This document shows positions 28,900-38,334 of a stretch of DNA of 64,000 nt, piece by piece. The translations under genes and the position numbers were made by a program. The stretch lies in NCBI GenBank assembly GCA_036229005.1, contig JAZAMN010000052.1, positions 416,001 to 480,000 on the forward strand, written 5' to 3'. The first letter of the stretch is position 1; each line of letters opens with the position of its first letter. The DNA comes from Myxococcota bacterium. GTDB taxonomy: Bacteria > Myxococcota_A > UBA796 > CAJQPC01. The notes under the pieces were generated by a model that ran no database searches, was not told the origin of the DNA, and saw only the letters and a program-made list of their open reading frames with translations.

Positions 28900-29970
28900 C
28901 TACTCCTCTTCTTCCTTGGCGCTCTCCAGGCGCTGGTTGAGCATCACGCGGAGCACGTCCCAGGCCTCGGTCTTGGCGTTGGCGTCGAAGCGCCAGTTGG
29001 AGAACAGCACCTCGCCCTCGCCGGAGTTGAAGCCCACGGTCATGGGCCCGGCCAGGCTGTAGGTCTGCATGCCATCCCGGTAGGCTACGGCCCCGGAGAG
29101 GTAGATGGTCGTGTCGGCCCCCACAGTCTCGATCACCGGGAAGCTGGGGAGGTCGTACCGGACCTCGGCAGTGCTCAGCCCCGTCGTCGAGGCCAGATCG
29201 GCGTCGTCCACCCGGGCGTTCACTGTGCCGGGCTCTCCGCGCTGGGCATCGTCGGGCAACAGGTCGTCCCCGTACCAGTCCACCGCCTCGGGCCAGCCGG
29301 CCTCGATGAGGTCATAGGACCAGTCCGTGGCGATCAGGATGCCGCCCTGGTCCACGTAGGCCTGCAGGGACGCGATCACGGCGTCCACCTGGGCCTGGTG
29401 TCCGGAGCCGTCGGAGTCGTAGAGCACGTCCTCTTCGATGTGGCCGCCGGAGAAGAGGATGGCGTCGTACACCACCAGGTTCTCGGGCACGGAGAGCAGC
29501 GCGGCGAGCTCAGCAGCGTTGTTGCCGTTCACGGCCTCGTATCCGCCGTAGCCCAGCCCCTCGAGCACGCGGCCCAGGTCGTCGTAGTTGCCGCTGACCA
29601 CGGCCAGACGGCCGGTGCCGCCGCCGCAGTCGGGCTCGTCCAGAGCGATGCCACCGGAGGGCGGGATGTAGATCTCCCGCTGGTCGATGATCTCGGAGCC
29701 GTACTGGATGTAGACCGTGTAGGTCTGCTCTGGGGTCAGATCGCTGAGGTTCCAGTAGCCGTCGATGTCGCTGACGGAGCGGCGGGTGTCGTAGAGCTCG
29801 CCGTCGCGGAAGAGGTGGGTGTAGGCCACCGCACCCTCCAGCCAGGTGGCGGTCTCCGGGTCGCAGACGCGGCCCAGGATGCCGTCGACGTTCCCGCTGC
29901 CGTTGTCGTTGATGGCGGTGAGGGTGGTCTCGGGGCCTTGGCAGGCCAGAAGCAGCATGGCGGCGATCAC
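28900..29970 (-). CDS. Lipoprotein with a carboxypeptidase-regulatory-like beta-sandwich and a GATase-like alpha/beta domain
   Basis: MIAAMLLLAC; GRVCDP..LEGA...SDIDGYWNLSDL; LQAYVDQGGILIATDWSY; start overlaps the upstream stop. Confidence 0.7.
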   Translation of the reverse strand: MIAAMLLLACQGPETTLTAINDNGSGNVDGILGRVCDPETATWLEGAVAYTHLFRDGELYDTRRSVSDIDGYWNLSDLTPEQTYTVYIQYGSEIIDQREIYIPPSGGIALDEPDCGGGTGRLAVVSGNYDDLGRVLEGLGYGGYEAVNGNNAAELAALLSVPENLVVYDAILFSGGHIEEDVLYDSDGSGHQAQVDAVIASLQAYVDQGGILIATDWSYDLIEAGWPEAVDWYGDDLLPDDAQRGEPGTVNARVDDADLASTTGLSTAEVRYDLPSFPVIETVGADTTIYLSGAVAYRDGMQTYSLAGPMTVGFNSGEGEVLFSNWRFDANAKTEAWDVLRVMLNQRLESAKEEEE

Positions 29971-31979
29971 TGGGGCCTCCCGGGCACGACCACGTAGATG
30001 TCCAAGGTGTCCAGGAGGACGGTTCCGTCTCCCAGCACGTTCAAGGTGAGCTTGTAGATCTCGTCCTCCTCACCCGCCGGGATGGCGCCGAGGAAGTCCA
30101 GGGTGAACTGGACGATCTGCCCCGAGGGGGCTCCGCTGATGGAGTAGCTGGAGGGGCTGATGCCCGTCACGAAGCCATAGGGGTCGTCGACCTCCAGCTC
30201 CACGGTGGAGAACTGGACGGACTGCACCAGGTCGCTGATGGCGTTGACGATGGTGTTGCGCAGCCCGGAGCTGGCCCCGGTCCAGTGGAACACCAGCAGG
30301 TCATCGGCGCGCCCGTCGCCGTCCGTGTCGGCCATCGAGCCGGTGCGCGTGGCCAGGTCCTGCATCTGGGAGAGCGGCGTGGAGTAGTTGGCCGCGATGC
30401 CGATGAGGTAGGCCCCCGAGGCGCTGGCGGCTGCCACCACGTCCGAGGCGCCCGCGTCTCCGGGGCACCCACCCGGGGTGGCGTAGCCAGCGTCCGGGTC
30501 GCGCAGGTTGTTGTCCGTCGCGTACACGATGATGGGCAGCGCGTAGGGGCGGAAGCCGTAGCCGCCGTCCGTGCCGCCACCGGGGCTGCCCGTGGTGTAG
30601 GTCTGCCCGCCGCTGCCGCCGAAGGCATCCGAGGAGCTGGCCAGGAAGGGCCGCACGTCCGTGCCGGAGTCGAAGCTGCCGTTGCAGTTCTGGTCGTACC
30701 CGATGCCCGTGAGGCCCTGGTACAGCCCCTCCATGCCGGACTCGGGAGCGTCGTTTCCGTAGTGCAGGCCGATGCCGCTGAGGCTGGTCTGCACCGCCGA
30801 GATGTTGGAGGTCACCTGCTGGCGCAGGATGAAGGGCCGGTCCTGGCCGCTGCCGAAGCCGCCGTAGTTGTAGTCGTCGAAGGTGGCCACGCCGTACTCG
30901 GCGTCGGGGAGCACGCCGGAGAGCTGCGAGACGATGGAGGAGAACTCCGAGGTCATGCCGTTGACCGTGCCGCTCATGGAGCCGGTGGTGTCGATCAAGA
31001 AGGCGATGTCGCCCATCTGCACGTTCAGCTCGAAGTCGAAGCGCTCCTCGACGTTGCCGCGCTCGTCGACCGTGACGTAGATGCCCTCGATGACAGAAGC
31101 CGCGCTCTTGGGGTCGGTACCCGCCGCGACCTCCGCGCCGTCGGAGTAGCCGTCGCCGTCGGTGTCGTTGGCGTAGGGCGAGGTGCCCAGCACGTCCCGC
31201 TCTTCGGCGTCGGTCAGGCCGTCGCCATCGCTGTCGATGTCGGCGAAGTCGTAGATCCCGTCGCCGTCGGTGTCCGCAGGCTCATCCTTGGGGCCGCTGG
31301 TGCGCCCCTCCTGCGCGTCGGTGAAGCCGTCCCCGTCGCTGTCCAGATCCAGGTAGTCGGGGGTCCCGTCGCCGTCCGTATCCGCGGGCTCGGTGTCCCA
31401 TGCAGATGTCCCGGCCTCGAACACATCGCCGATGCCGTCGCCGTCGCTGTCCAGGTCCTGGTAGTCCGCGGTCCCGTCCCCGTCGGAGTCCACCTGGGCG
31501 CAGTCGGGTCCGATCTCGATGGAGTCCAGGATGCCGTCGCCGTCATCGTCCAGATCCGAGAACGCCGGCAGATCGTCCCCGTCCAGATCGCTGGAGCCCT
31601 CCTGGGCGTCCAGGATGCAGTTGTCGTCCGAGTCCAGATCGCGGAAGTCTTCGACCCCGTCGCCGTCACTGTCGAAGGGGAGGGTCAGCGGATCCCAGTC
31701 ACCGGCCTCGTCCTTGTCGGGGATGCCGTCTTCGTCCGAGTCGGTGTCCAGGTGATCGGGGAGGCCGTCGCCGTCGGTGTCCACGGTGTCCGAGTCCGCC
31801 TCGCCGTCCGAGGTCTCCACGTCCACCCAGATGCCCTCGTGGATGTCCAGGATGGTGTCGCCATCGCTGTCCACGTAGCTGATCTCGATGTCCTCGCCGT
31901 CGCCGCTGCTTCCCCCGCCGTTGCAGGCGGCCAGCGCGGCCAGAGCGGTGAGAGAGAGGGTCAGAGCCCCAATGCGCAT
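29967..31979 (-). CDS. Lipoprotein with TSP3-like Ca-binding repeats and an integrin-beta-like vWA domain (CglD-like architecture)
   Basis: Lipobox LAAC at residue 19; many DxDxDG repeats; MIDAS DTTGS; GNDAPES; GFRPYALPIIVYATD. Confidence 0.82.
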   Translation of the reverse strand: MRIGALTLSLTALAALAACNGGGSSGDGEDIEISYVDSDGDTILDIHEGIWVDVETSDGEADSDTVDTDGDGLPDHLDTDSDEDGIPDKDEAGDWDPLTLPFDSDGDGVEDFRDLDSDDNCILDAQEGSSDLDGDDLPAFSDLDDDGDGILDSIEIGPDCAQVDSDGDGTADYQDLDSDGDGIGDVFEAGTSAWDTEPADTDGDGTPDYLDLDSDGDGFTDAQEGRTSGPKDEPADTDGDGIYDFADIDSDGDGLTDAEERDVLGTSPYANDTDGDGYSDGAEVAAGTDPKSAASVIEGIYVTVDERGNVEERFDFELNVQMGDIAFLIDTTGSMSGTVNGMTSEFSSIVSQLSGVLPDAEYGVATFDDYNYGGFGSGQDRPFILRQQVTSNISAVQTSLSGIGLHYGNDAPESGMEGLYQGLTGIGYDQNCNGSFDSGTDVRPFLASSSDAFGGSGGQTYTTGSPGGGTDGGYGFRPYALPIIVYATDNNLRDPDAGYATPGGCPGDAGASDVVAAASASGAYLIGIAANYSTPLSQMQDLATRTGSMADTDGDGRADDLLVFHWTGASSGLRNTIVNAISDLVQSVQFSTVELEVDDPYGFVTGISPSSYSISGAPSGQIVQFTLDFLGAIPAGEEDEIYKLTLNVLGDGTVLLDTLDIYVVVPGRPQ

Positions 31980-32054
31980 GGTCTTTCCTCGGTGCAGCGT
32001 CAGGGTACCCGTTGACTGCGCGTTTGCAAGGCCCCGCGACAACTTCGCAGGGGG

Positions 32055-32099
32055 ATGTTCACAGTTTATGTTGACAGTGAATAGGGTGATGTTTACAGT
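32055..32099 (+). promoter_or_regulatory. sigma70 promoter TTGACA-N17-TACAGT overlapped by three ATGTTNACAGT boxes
   Basis: Boxes at 32055-32065, 32068-32078, 32089-32099; -35 at 32071-32076, -10 at 32094-32099; AT-rich island in GC-rich DNA. Confidence 0.8.
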
Positions 32100-32105
32100 A
32101 AGTGC

Positions 32106-32603
32106 ATGCCACTCCAACAACACCGCGATCGGCGCTTCACGCTCCCCGAGCTCGTCCAGACCGCCAGCGAGCTGCTGGCCCAGGCCCCAAAGCCCCAGGA
32201 CGCCCGGGTGAATCCGCTCCCGGACGCGCGCACCGTCCGCTACTACCAATCCACCCAGCTCCTGGACCGCCCGCTGGGCTACGAAGGTCGCCGCGCGATC
32301 TACGGATACCGCCACCTGCTGCAGCTCTGCGCGGTGAAGCTGCTCCAGGGTGCGGGCCGGGGCCTGGACGAGATCCAGCAGGGTCTGTCCGGCCGCAGCG
32401 ACGCCCAGCTCGAAGCCAGCCTGCTGCCTGCGCTCGCAGAGCCGGTGTCCTCGCCGATGCCGCAGAGTGCCCCCAAGCCGCGGGCGCTGATCAGCGCGGA
32501 GTTGGGCCCTGGTGTTGTTGTCACCATTGACCCCGACCTTGTCAGTAACCCCCAAGCCCTGCTTGACCGCCTCACCCAATCCCTCACCCCGGAGCCCCGA
32601 TGA
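32106..32603 (+). CDS. MerR-family winged HTH transcriptional regulator
   Basis: PDARTVRYYQSTQLLDRP...RRAIYGYRHLLQL..VKLLQ..G..LDEI. Confidence 0.85.
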   Translation: MPLQQHRDRRFTLPELVQTASELLAQAPKPQDARVNPLPDARTVRYYQSTQLLDRPLGYEGRRAIYGYRHLLQLCAVKLLQGAGRGLDEIQQGLSGRSDAQLEASLLPALAEPVSSPMPQSAPKPRALISAELGPGVVVTIDPDLVSNPQALLDRLTQSLTPEPR

Positions 32604-34975
32604 CCCTCTCCCCTACCCTGCCCTCCGCGTCGCCATCTCCTCTGGGTCTGGGGGCGCTGCTTGCGCTGCTGGATGAGGGCCCGACCTCGCTCCCGCTGCA
32701 GTCGGTCAAGGTGCGCGCGCGCGTCTCCGGCCCCATCGCCCGAGCGGTGGTCGAGATGGCGTATGAGAACGACCACGCAGAGATCCTGGAGGTGCTGCAC
32801 CTCTTCCCCGTGCCGCCCCAGGGTGCGGTCCACGGCTTCGTCCTGAGGGCCGATGATCTGGAGGTCCAGGGCGTCTGCCGCGAGAAGGAGCAGGCCCGCG
32901 CTGAGTACCACGATGCCCGCGAGCAGGGGCATCGCGCCGCGCTCCTGGAGTCCCACCGACCCGACGTCCACCAGCTCAAGGTCGCGAACATCCCGCCCAA
33001 GGCCACCATCACGGTGCGTCTGGAGCTGAGCTGGGTGCTGCCGTGGGAGGGGGGCCGTCAGCGCTTTGCATTCCCCACCACCATCGCACCTCGGTACCTG
33101 CCCGGGAAGGTCATCGGGGCCGACGGCGAGGGCATCCTGCCGGACACCGACCGCGTGCCCGATGCCTCCAGCCTGCAGCCGCCGGTGCTGCTGGGTGAGC
33201 CCGCCCCCTTGGACCTGGAGCTGGAGATCGACGGCGCCGTCAAGCTGCTGGAGGTCGCACAGCACAGCGCCCGCACCGAGCTCGGCGAGCGCGTGCGCAT
33301 CACCCCGCGGGGCGGCAAGCTGGACCGGGACTTCGTGGTGGCCTTCTCCCTGGCGCAGGCCACCCCCAGCCTGCAGGCCTGGACGGACGGCGAGCGCACG
33401 CTGGTCCAGGTGCTGCCTCCCACGGACCTGAGCGCCGAGCCGCTGCCTCGCGACGCCACCTTCATCGTGGACATCTCGGGGTCCATGTCGGGCACCAAGA
33501 TGGAGGCCGCCAAGCTGGCTCTGCGCACCGCTCTGCGCGGCCTGGACGCCCAGGACCGCTTCCGCCTGCTGGCCTTCGACAACGTCGTGGAGGCCTACCG
33601 GGACGCCGCCTTCCTCCCGCTCACCGAAGCGGAGCTCAGCGCGGCGGAGGTCTGGGTCGATCGCCTGCACCCCCGAGGCGGGACCGAGATGCTGGCGCCC
33701 CTCAAGCTGGGCCTGGAGCCCAAGGCGGAGCCTGGCCGGCTGCACACGCTGCTGTTCATCACCGACGGTCAGGCGTGGAATCGACAGGAGCTGATCGCCG
33801 CCGTGTACCACCGCCGGAACGCCGCCCGCCTGCACACACTGGGGATCGACACGGCCGTCAACGAGGACCTGCTGGGCCAGCTCGCGCGGGTCGGCGGGGG
33901 CACCGCGACCTTCTGCACGCCCCAAGACGACATCGAGGAGCGCGTGGCCGCCCTGGAGTCCCGCTTTGGAGCCCCCCTGGTCCAGGTCACGGAGCTCGGC
34001 GGCCTCCCCCGCAACGGCGAGGTGTTCAGCGACCAACCCGCCCTGCTCTGGTTGGAGTCGGCGCCCGAGGCCATCACCCTCAAGGCCCGGGGCCCCGCTG
34101 GGGACTTCGAGCTGGAGACCAAGGCGCAGCGCACGGACTCCCTGGGCGCCGCGTTCGCCAAGGAGCGCATCCAGGCCCTGGAGGACCGCCTGGTCGTCCA
34201 CCCGCACGAAGAGGAGGCCCTCAAGCCCGCGATCCTCAAGCTCTCCCTGGCCCACCAAGTGCTGAGCTCCCAGACCGCGTTCGTGGCCGTCGACAAGTCC
34301 GCCAAGGTCCTGGGGCCCAAGGTGCAGGTGTCCCAGCCCAGCGCGGTCCCCGACCAGTGGGAGGGCGGGGGTGGTGCCCCGATGATGGCCGCCGCCGCGC
34401 CGCCTCCCCCGTCCCCGATGGGCGCCCGCAGGCCCCCCGGTGCCAGCGCTCCCCCGAGGGGCGTCAAGAAGTCCGCCAAGCGCCCCACCCCCAAGCGCCC
34501 TGCCTCAAAGAGAGAGCGCGGCGTGGTCGAGCTCTTCCAGCGCGTGTTCAGCGGCGCCCCCGACATGGAGGAGGTGGAGGAGTCCATGGTGCTCGCAGAC
34601 GAGGCCCCCACCATCATGGCCCCTTCACCCGCACCCCCAGTCTTTGAGCCCGAGCCCGCAGTCGAGGACAGGGTGACCTCGCCGGCGGTCGGGTTGGTTC
34701 AGAGTCAGCGGGTGGACGGGTCCTGGGGCGGTGTGCCCGAGACTGTCGCAGCGCTGCTGGCCCTCGTCCTCCTGGGAAACACCCGCCTGACTGGGGCCCG
34801 GAGGCGCGCGGTCGCCAAGGCGGCCCGCTGGTTGGGCAAGCGCTCGGAGCCGCTGGCGGCAGAGGCCCTGGAGATCCTGGCGGCGGCCGAGGCGGGACAG
34901 GCACCGGAGCCCTCGGAGCTGGCGGGCTTTGTGGTCCCTGGCCCGGAGGGTGAGGTCCTGGCTGGCCTCACCTGA
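32600..34975 (+). CDS. VIT + vWA domain protein
   Basis: VIT N-terminus (LEVLHLFPVP..GAVHGF, ANIPP, FPTTIAPRY); MIDAS DISGSMSG, GGTEM, FITDG; C-terminal QSQRVDGSW. Confidence 0.9.
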   Translation: MTLSPTLPSASPSPLGLGALLALLDEGPTSLPLQSVKVRARVSGPIARAVVEMAYENDHAEILEVLHLFPVPPQGAVHGFVLRADDLEVQGVCREKEQARAEYHDAREQGHRAALLESHRPDVHQLKVANIPPKATITVRLELSWVLPWEGGRQRFAFPTTIAPRYLPGKVIGADGEGILPDTDRVPDASSLQPPVLLGEPAPLDLELEIDGAVKLLEVAQHSARTELGERVRITPRGGKLDRDFVVAFSLAQATPSLQAWTDGERTLVQVLPPTDLSAEPLPRDATFIVDISGSMSGTKMEAAKLALRTALRGLDAQDRFRLLAFDNVVEAYRDAAFLPLTEAELSAAEVWVDRLHPRGGTEMLAPLKLGLEPKAEPGRLHTLLFITDGQAWNRQELIAAVYHRRNAARLHTLGIDTAVNEDLLGQLARVGGGTATFCTPQDDIEERVAALESRFGAPLVQVTELGGLPRNGEVFSDQPALLWLESAPEAITLKARGPAGDFELETKAQRTDSLGAAFAKERIQALEDRLVVHPHEEEALKPAILKLSLAHQVLSSQTAFVAVDKSAKVLGPKVQVSQPSAVPDQWEGGGGAPMMAAAAPPPPSPMGARRPPGASAPPRGVKKSAKRPTPKRPASKRERGVVELFQRVFSGAPDMEEVEESMVLADEAPTIMAPSPAPPVFEPEPAVEDRVTSPAVGLVQSQRVDGSWGGVPETVAALLALVLLGNTRLTGARRRAVAKAARWLGKRSEPLAAEALEILAAAEAGQAPEPSELAGFVVPGPEGEVLAGLT

Positions 34976-34978
34976 GCG

Positions 34979-35677
34979 TCAGAACCCGATGCTGAACCCG
35001 AAGCCCTGAACCGGTCCCCGCGTGGTCTGGCGCCTGGAGTAGGCGCCGGCCACGTGGAAGCCGTTGATGTAGACGGCCACGCCGGCCTGCCAGGCGAACT
35101 CGTGGCCGAAGCCGAAGGTGTCGATCGTCGACCAGTCCACGCGGCGGCTGGGCTCGGCGAGCCAGGCGGTGCTGGCGCCGAAGAGGAAGGCGACCTCGGG
35201 GGGGCCGAAGGTGGCGACGACGGGGAACTCGACGCCCCAGCTCATGGGGAGTTGGGTGCGGGTGCCGTTGAAGCCGTTGCGGAACACGTCCACGCCGCCC
35301 ATGACCGACCAGAGGTCCTTCTGGGGGCCGATGAAGCTGCCCACGCGCAGATCGGAGCCCGCCAGGCCGCCGACGAAGATGCCCTGGGCGCGGGCGCGGG
35401 TCTTGCCGGCCAGGATGGTCTCGGTGTCCGCATAGGCGACGCCCGCTTCGAGTCCCAGGTTGAAGGCCAGGGTCTGGTTGCCCACGCCGCCGTAGAGCGC
35501 CGCCGAGCCGATGGGGTCCCAGTAGGGCTGGAAGATGACGCGCTCGCGCACCTGCTTGAGGGTGCCGCCGACCTCGACGCTGCCGGGCTCTCCGGGGTTC
35601 TCGGGCGGCGGGGTCTCTGGGGCCGTCTCCGGCGTGGGGTCCTGGGCCAGAGCCAGTCCGACGAAGGCCAAAATCAC
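34979..35677 (-). CDS. Exported protein, probable small outer-membrane beta-barrel
   Basis: Short signal MILAFVGLALA, beta-strand pattern, ends GFGFSIGF; start overlaps the prs stop. Confidence 0.65.
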   Translation of the reverse strand: MILAFVGLALAQDPTPETAPETPPPENPGEPGSVEVGGTLKQVRERVIFQPYWDPIGSAALYGGVGNQTLAFNLGLEAGVAYADTETILAGKTRARAQGIFVGGLAGSDLRVGSFIGPQKDLWSVMGGVDVFRNGFNGTRTQLPMSWGVEFPVVATFGPPEVAFLFGASTAWLAEPSRRVDWSTIDTFGFGHEFAWQAGVAVYINGFHVAGAYSRRQTTRGPVQGFGFSIGF

Positions 35678-36681
35678 TGCAGGGTCTCCTGGACGCGGGT
35701 CACGCTGCCCCCCTGGTGGATGCTGCGGATCACGCGCGCCAGCAGGGGCTCGAGGTCAAAGGAACGGTACCAGGGCGGAGCGAGGGGCTGCTGGACGGCG
35801 GAGGTCCCGACCACGGAGAAGCGCCAGCCTTCGGCCACTGCGCGCGCGTGGACGGCCGAGAGGCGCTCGAAGGCGGGCCCCGAGAGCACGGGGTGCACGC
35901 AGGCCAGGGTGATGTCCTTGGCGCCCTCCTCCTTGAGGGTGTCGACGGCCGCGACGGCCGAGCCCGCGGTGTCCACGATGTCGTCGACCATGAGCACGTC
36001 GTGCCCGGCGACCTCGCCCAGCAGGCTGGAGCTGGTGACCGTGTTGGGGCGGCTGTAGTCGCGCTCCTTGGAGAGCGTCGCGATGGCCAGGTTCAGGGTC
36101 TCGGCGTAGCGGCGGGCGCGCTCCAGGCCGCCCACGTCGGGCGAGACCACGGTGTCCCCGCAGAGCCCCTGCTCGCGCAGCCATGGGGCGAGCTGGCGGT
36201 GCAGGTAGAGGTTCTCCAGCACGCAGCGGCGGGGGTCGAACATGCCCGCGATGGCCTCGTTGTGGATCTCCACGCTGATCACGCGGTCGCAGCCGGCGGC
36301 CTCGAACATGCGGGCCACCAGCCCGGCGGCGATGCCCTCGCGGGTGCGGCCCTTGCGCTTGTCCTGGCGCGCGCCGGGGAAGTAGGGGCTGACCACGGTG
36401 ATCTCGGCGGCGTCCCCCAGCCGGGCGGCCTCGACCGCGTTCAAGCACATGACGAGCTGGTCGTAGATGCTTCGAGGGCTCCCGGGGGCCACCATCGCCG
36501 CCAGGATGTAGACGGAGCAGCCGCGGACGTTGTCCTGGATGGCGACCTTGCCCTCGCCGCAGGAGAACCAGGTCTCGCCCCGGCGCAGCAGCGAAGACTC
36601 CAGCCGCTCGGCGATCCGCTGCGCGCTCTGCTCGGCGCCCCCCAGGGCCAGGAGTCGCAGCGGGGGTCGGGTCTGCAGCAT
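35674..36681 (-). CDS. prs: Ribose-phosphate pyrophosphokinase
   Basis: FSCGE, PYFPGARQDK, VSPDVGGLERAR, PRPP-binding MVDDIVDTAGS, CVHPVLS; GGAGG SD. Confidence 0.92.
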   Translation of the reverse strand: MLQTRPPLRLLALGGAEQSAQRIAERLESSLLRRGETWFSCGEGKVAIQDNVRGCSVYILAAMVAPGSPRSIYDQLVMCLNAVEAARLGDAAEITVVSPYFPGARQDKRKGRTREGIAAGLVARMFEAAGCDRVISVEIHNEAIAGMFDPRRCVLENLYLHRQLAPWLREQGLCGDTVVSPDVGGLERARRYAETLNLAIATLSKERDYSRPNTVTSSSLLGEVAGHDVLMVDDIVDTAGSAVAAVDTLKEEGAKDITLACVHPVLSGPAFERLSAVHARAVAEGWRFSVVGTSAVQQPLAPPWYRSFDLEPLLARVIRSIHQGGSVTRVQETLQ

Positions 36682-36760
36682 GGGGCCTCCAGTCCGGGGA
36701 ACGCTATCCCATGCGGTGCAGGGGCCGGGATCCCGACGCTGCCTCCTGTAGACTGCGCGC

Positions 36761-38263
36761 GTGTCCGACTCGCAGCAGCAACCCCGCATCGGGAACTTCC
36801 AGACCCAGCGCCTCCTGGGGATCGGCTCCGGGGGACGGGTGTGGTTGGCCCAGAGCCCCGAGGGGCGGCTGGTGGCCCTCAAGGTCGCCGAGGATCCGCT
36901 CCAGCGGGCCCGGCTCCGGCGGGAGGTCGCCGCGCTGCAGGTCCTCTCCCACCGCTACGTGGTCGGGCTGGTGGACTCCGAGCCCCAGGGGAGCTGGCTG
37001 GCCACCGAGTACGTACAAGGCAGCACCCTGGCCCACTGGGGCACCCAGCGCACCCAGCCCGAGCGCATCGAGGTCTGCGCCCGCCTGGCAGAGGCCGTGG
37101 CCCACCTGCACGACTGCGGGCTGGTGCACGGCGACCTCAAGCCCTCCAACGTGATGGTGGACGGCTACGGGGCCCCCCGGCTGATCGACCTGGGCACCGC
37201 TCAGCCCGCGGAGCACCCCGCCCGGGACGAGGGCTTCAACGGGACCCTGGGCTACGTCGGCCCCGAGCTGCTCTCCGGGGCCAGCCCCTCCCGCGCCAGC
37301 GACGTCTACAGCCTGGGCGCGCTGGTCTACACGCTACTGACCCACCGCGCGCCCTTCCGCTCCGCGGACCCCGCCGCTCTGGCCTTCCTGCCCCTGAGCA
37401 GCTTCCCGGAGCCCCCCTCCTCACTGGTGCCCAAGCTGCCCAAGGCGATGGACGACCTGGTGCTCCAGATGCTGACCCGCACCCCCGAGCGCCGCCCCCG
37501 CTCCCAAGGCCTCTCCGGCCGCCTGCGCCGCGCTCTGCGCTCCCCCATCAGCCTCCCGGTGGTGGGCATGAGCCGCGAGCGGGCCACCCTGCGCCGGGCC
37601 CTCGCCGCCAGCATGGACGGCGCCTGTCAGGTCATCGTCCTGCACGGCGGGGACGGCAGCGGGCGGCGCACGCTCATCCAGGAGAACATCGCCCTGGCCC
37701 GCCGCGAGGGCATGCCGGTGCTCCAGGGCCCCGGAGACGACCCTCGCGAGCTCATCGAGCAGCTCAAGGGCCTGCGCGGCAAGGGACAGGGGGCGCTGGT
37801 GCACTGCCAGGCGGGCTCACGCGCGGTGCTGGAGTTCTCCGCCCGGGTCCTGGCCGAGCAGCTCCCGGTGCTGGTGCTCATCCGCAGCGAGCGCCCGCTG
37901 ATGCCTCTGACCAACCTGGGGGCGCGCCACCTGAGCCCCAGCCCCCTGCAGCTCCCGCACGTGCGCCTGCTGTTGTCCTCGGCCGACCAGAATCTGGAGC
38001 GGGCTGGTGAAATCCACGAGCGCACCCGCGGTAGGCCCGGGGCTGTCGTGGGCTACCTTCAGCCCCCCTCCCGAGGCGCCTCCGGCTTGAACCCCCAGCA
38101 GATCGAGCTGCTGCGGATCACCGCGAGCGAGGCCGTGGAGCTGCCGGTGCTCGCCCAGATGCTGGAGATCGGCGAGCACGAGCTGCTGGACCTCGCCGAG
38201 CCGCTGCTGGATCGCGGCCTGCTGGTCGAGGTCAACGACGGGCTGTCCCTCAAGGCCCACTGA
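36761..38263 (+). CDS. Hanks-type Ser/Thr protein kinase with degenerate P-loop domain and C-terminal HTH-like region
   Basis: GIGSGGRV, VALK, HGDLKPSN, DLG, GTLGYVGPE, SDVYSLG; later GGDGSGRRT. Confidence 0.88.
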   Translation: MSDSQQQPRIGNFQTQRLLGIGSGGRVWLAQSPEGRLVALKVAEDPLQRARLRREVAALQVLSHRYVVGLVDSEPQGSWLATEYVQGSTLAHWGTQRTQPERIEVCARLAEAVAHLHDCGLVHGDLKPSNVMVDGYGAPRLIDLGTAQPAEHPARDEGFNGTLGYVGPELLSGASPSRASDVYSLGALVYTLLTHRAPFRSADPAALAFLPLSSFPEPPSSLVPKLPKAMDDLVLQMLTRTPERRPRSQGLSGRLRRALRSPISLPVVGMSRERATLRRALAASMDGACQVIVLHGGDGSGRRTLIQENIALARREGMPVLQGPGDDPRELIEQLKGLRGKGQGALVHCQAGSRAVLEFSARVLAEQLPVLVLIRSERPLMPLTNLGARHLSPSPLQLPHVRLLLSSADQNLERAGEIHERTRGRPGAVVGYLQPPSRGASGLNPQQIELLRITASEAVELPVLAQMLEIGEHELLDLAEPLLDRGLLVEVNDGLSLKAH

Positions 38264-38334
38264 AGGCCCGTCCCCCTGAAAACACAGCGCCCCCAGGCCG
38301 GAGCCCAGGGGCGTCGGTGGCGCAGAGGGCGCGG

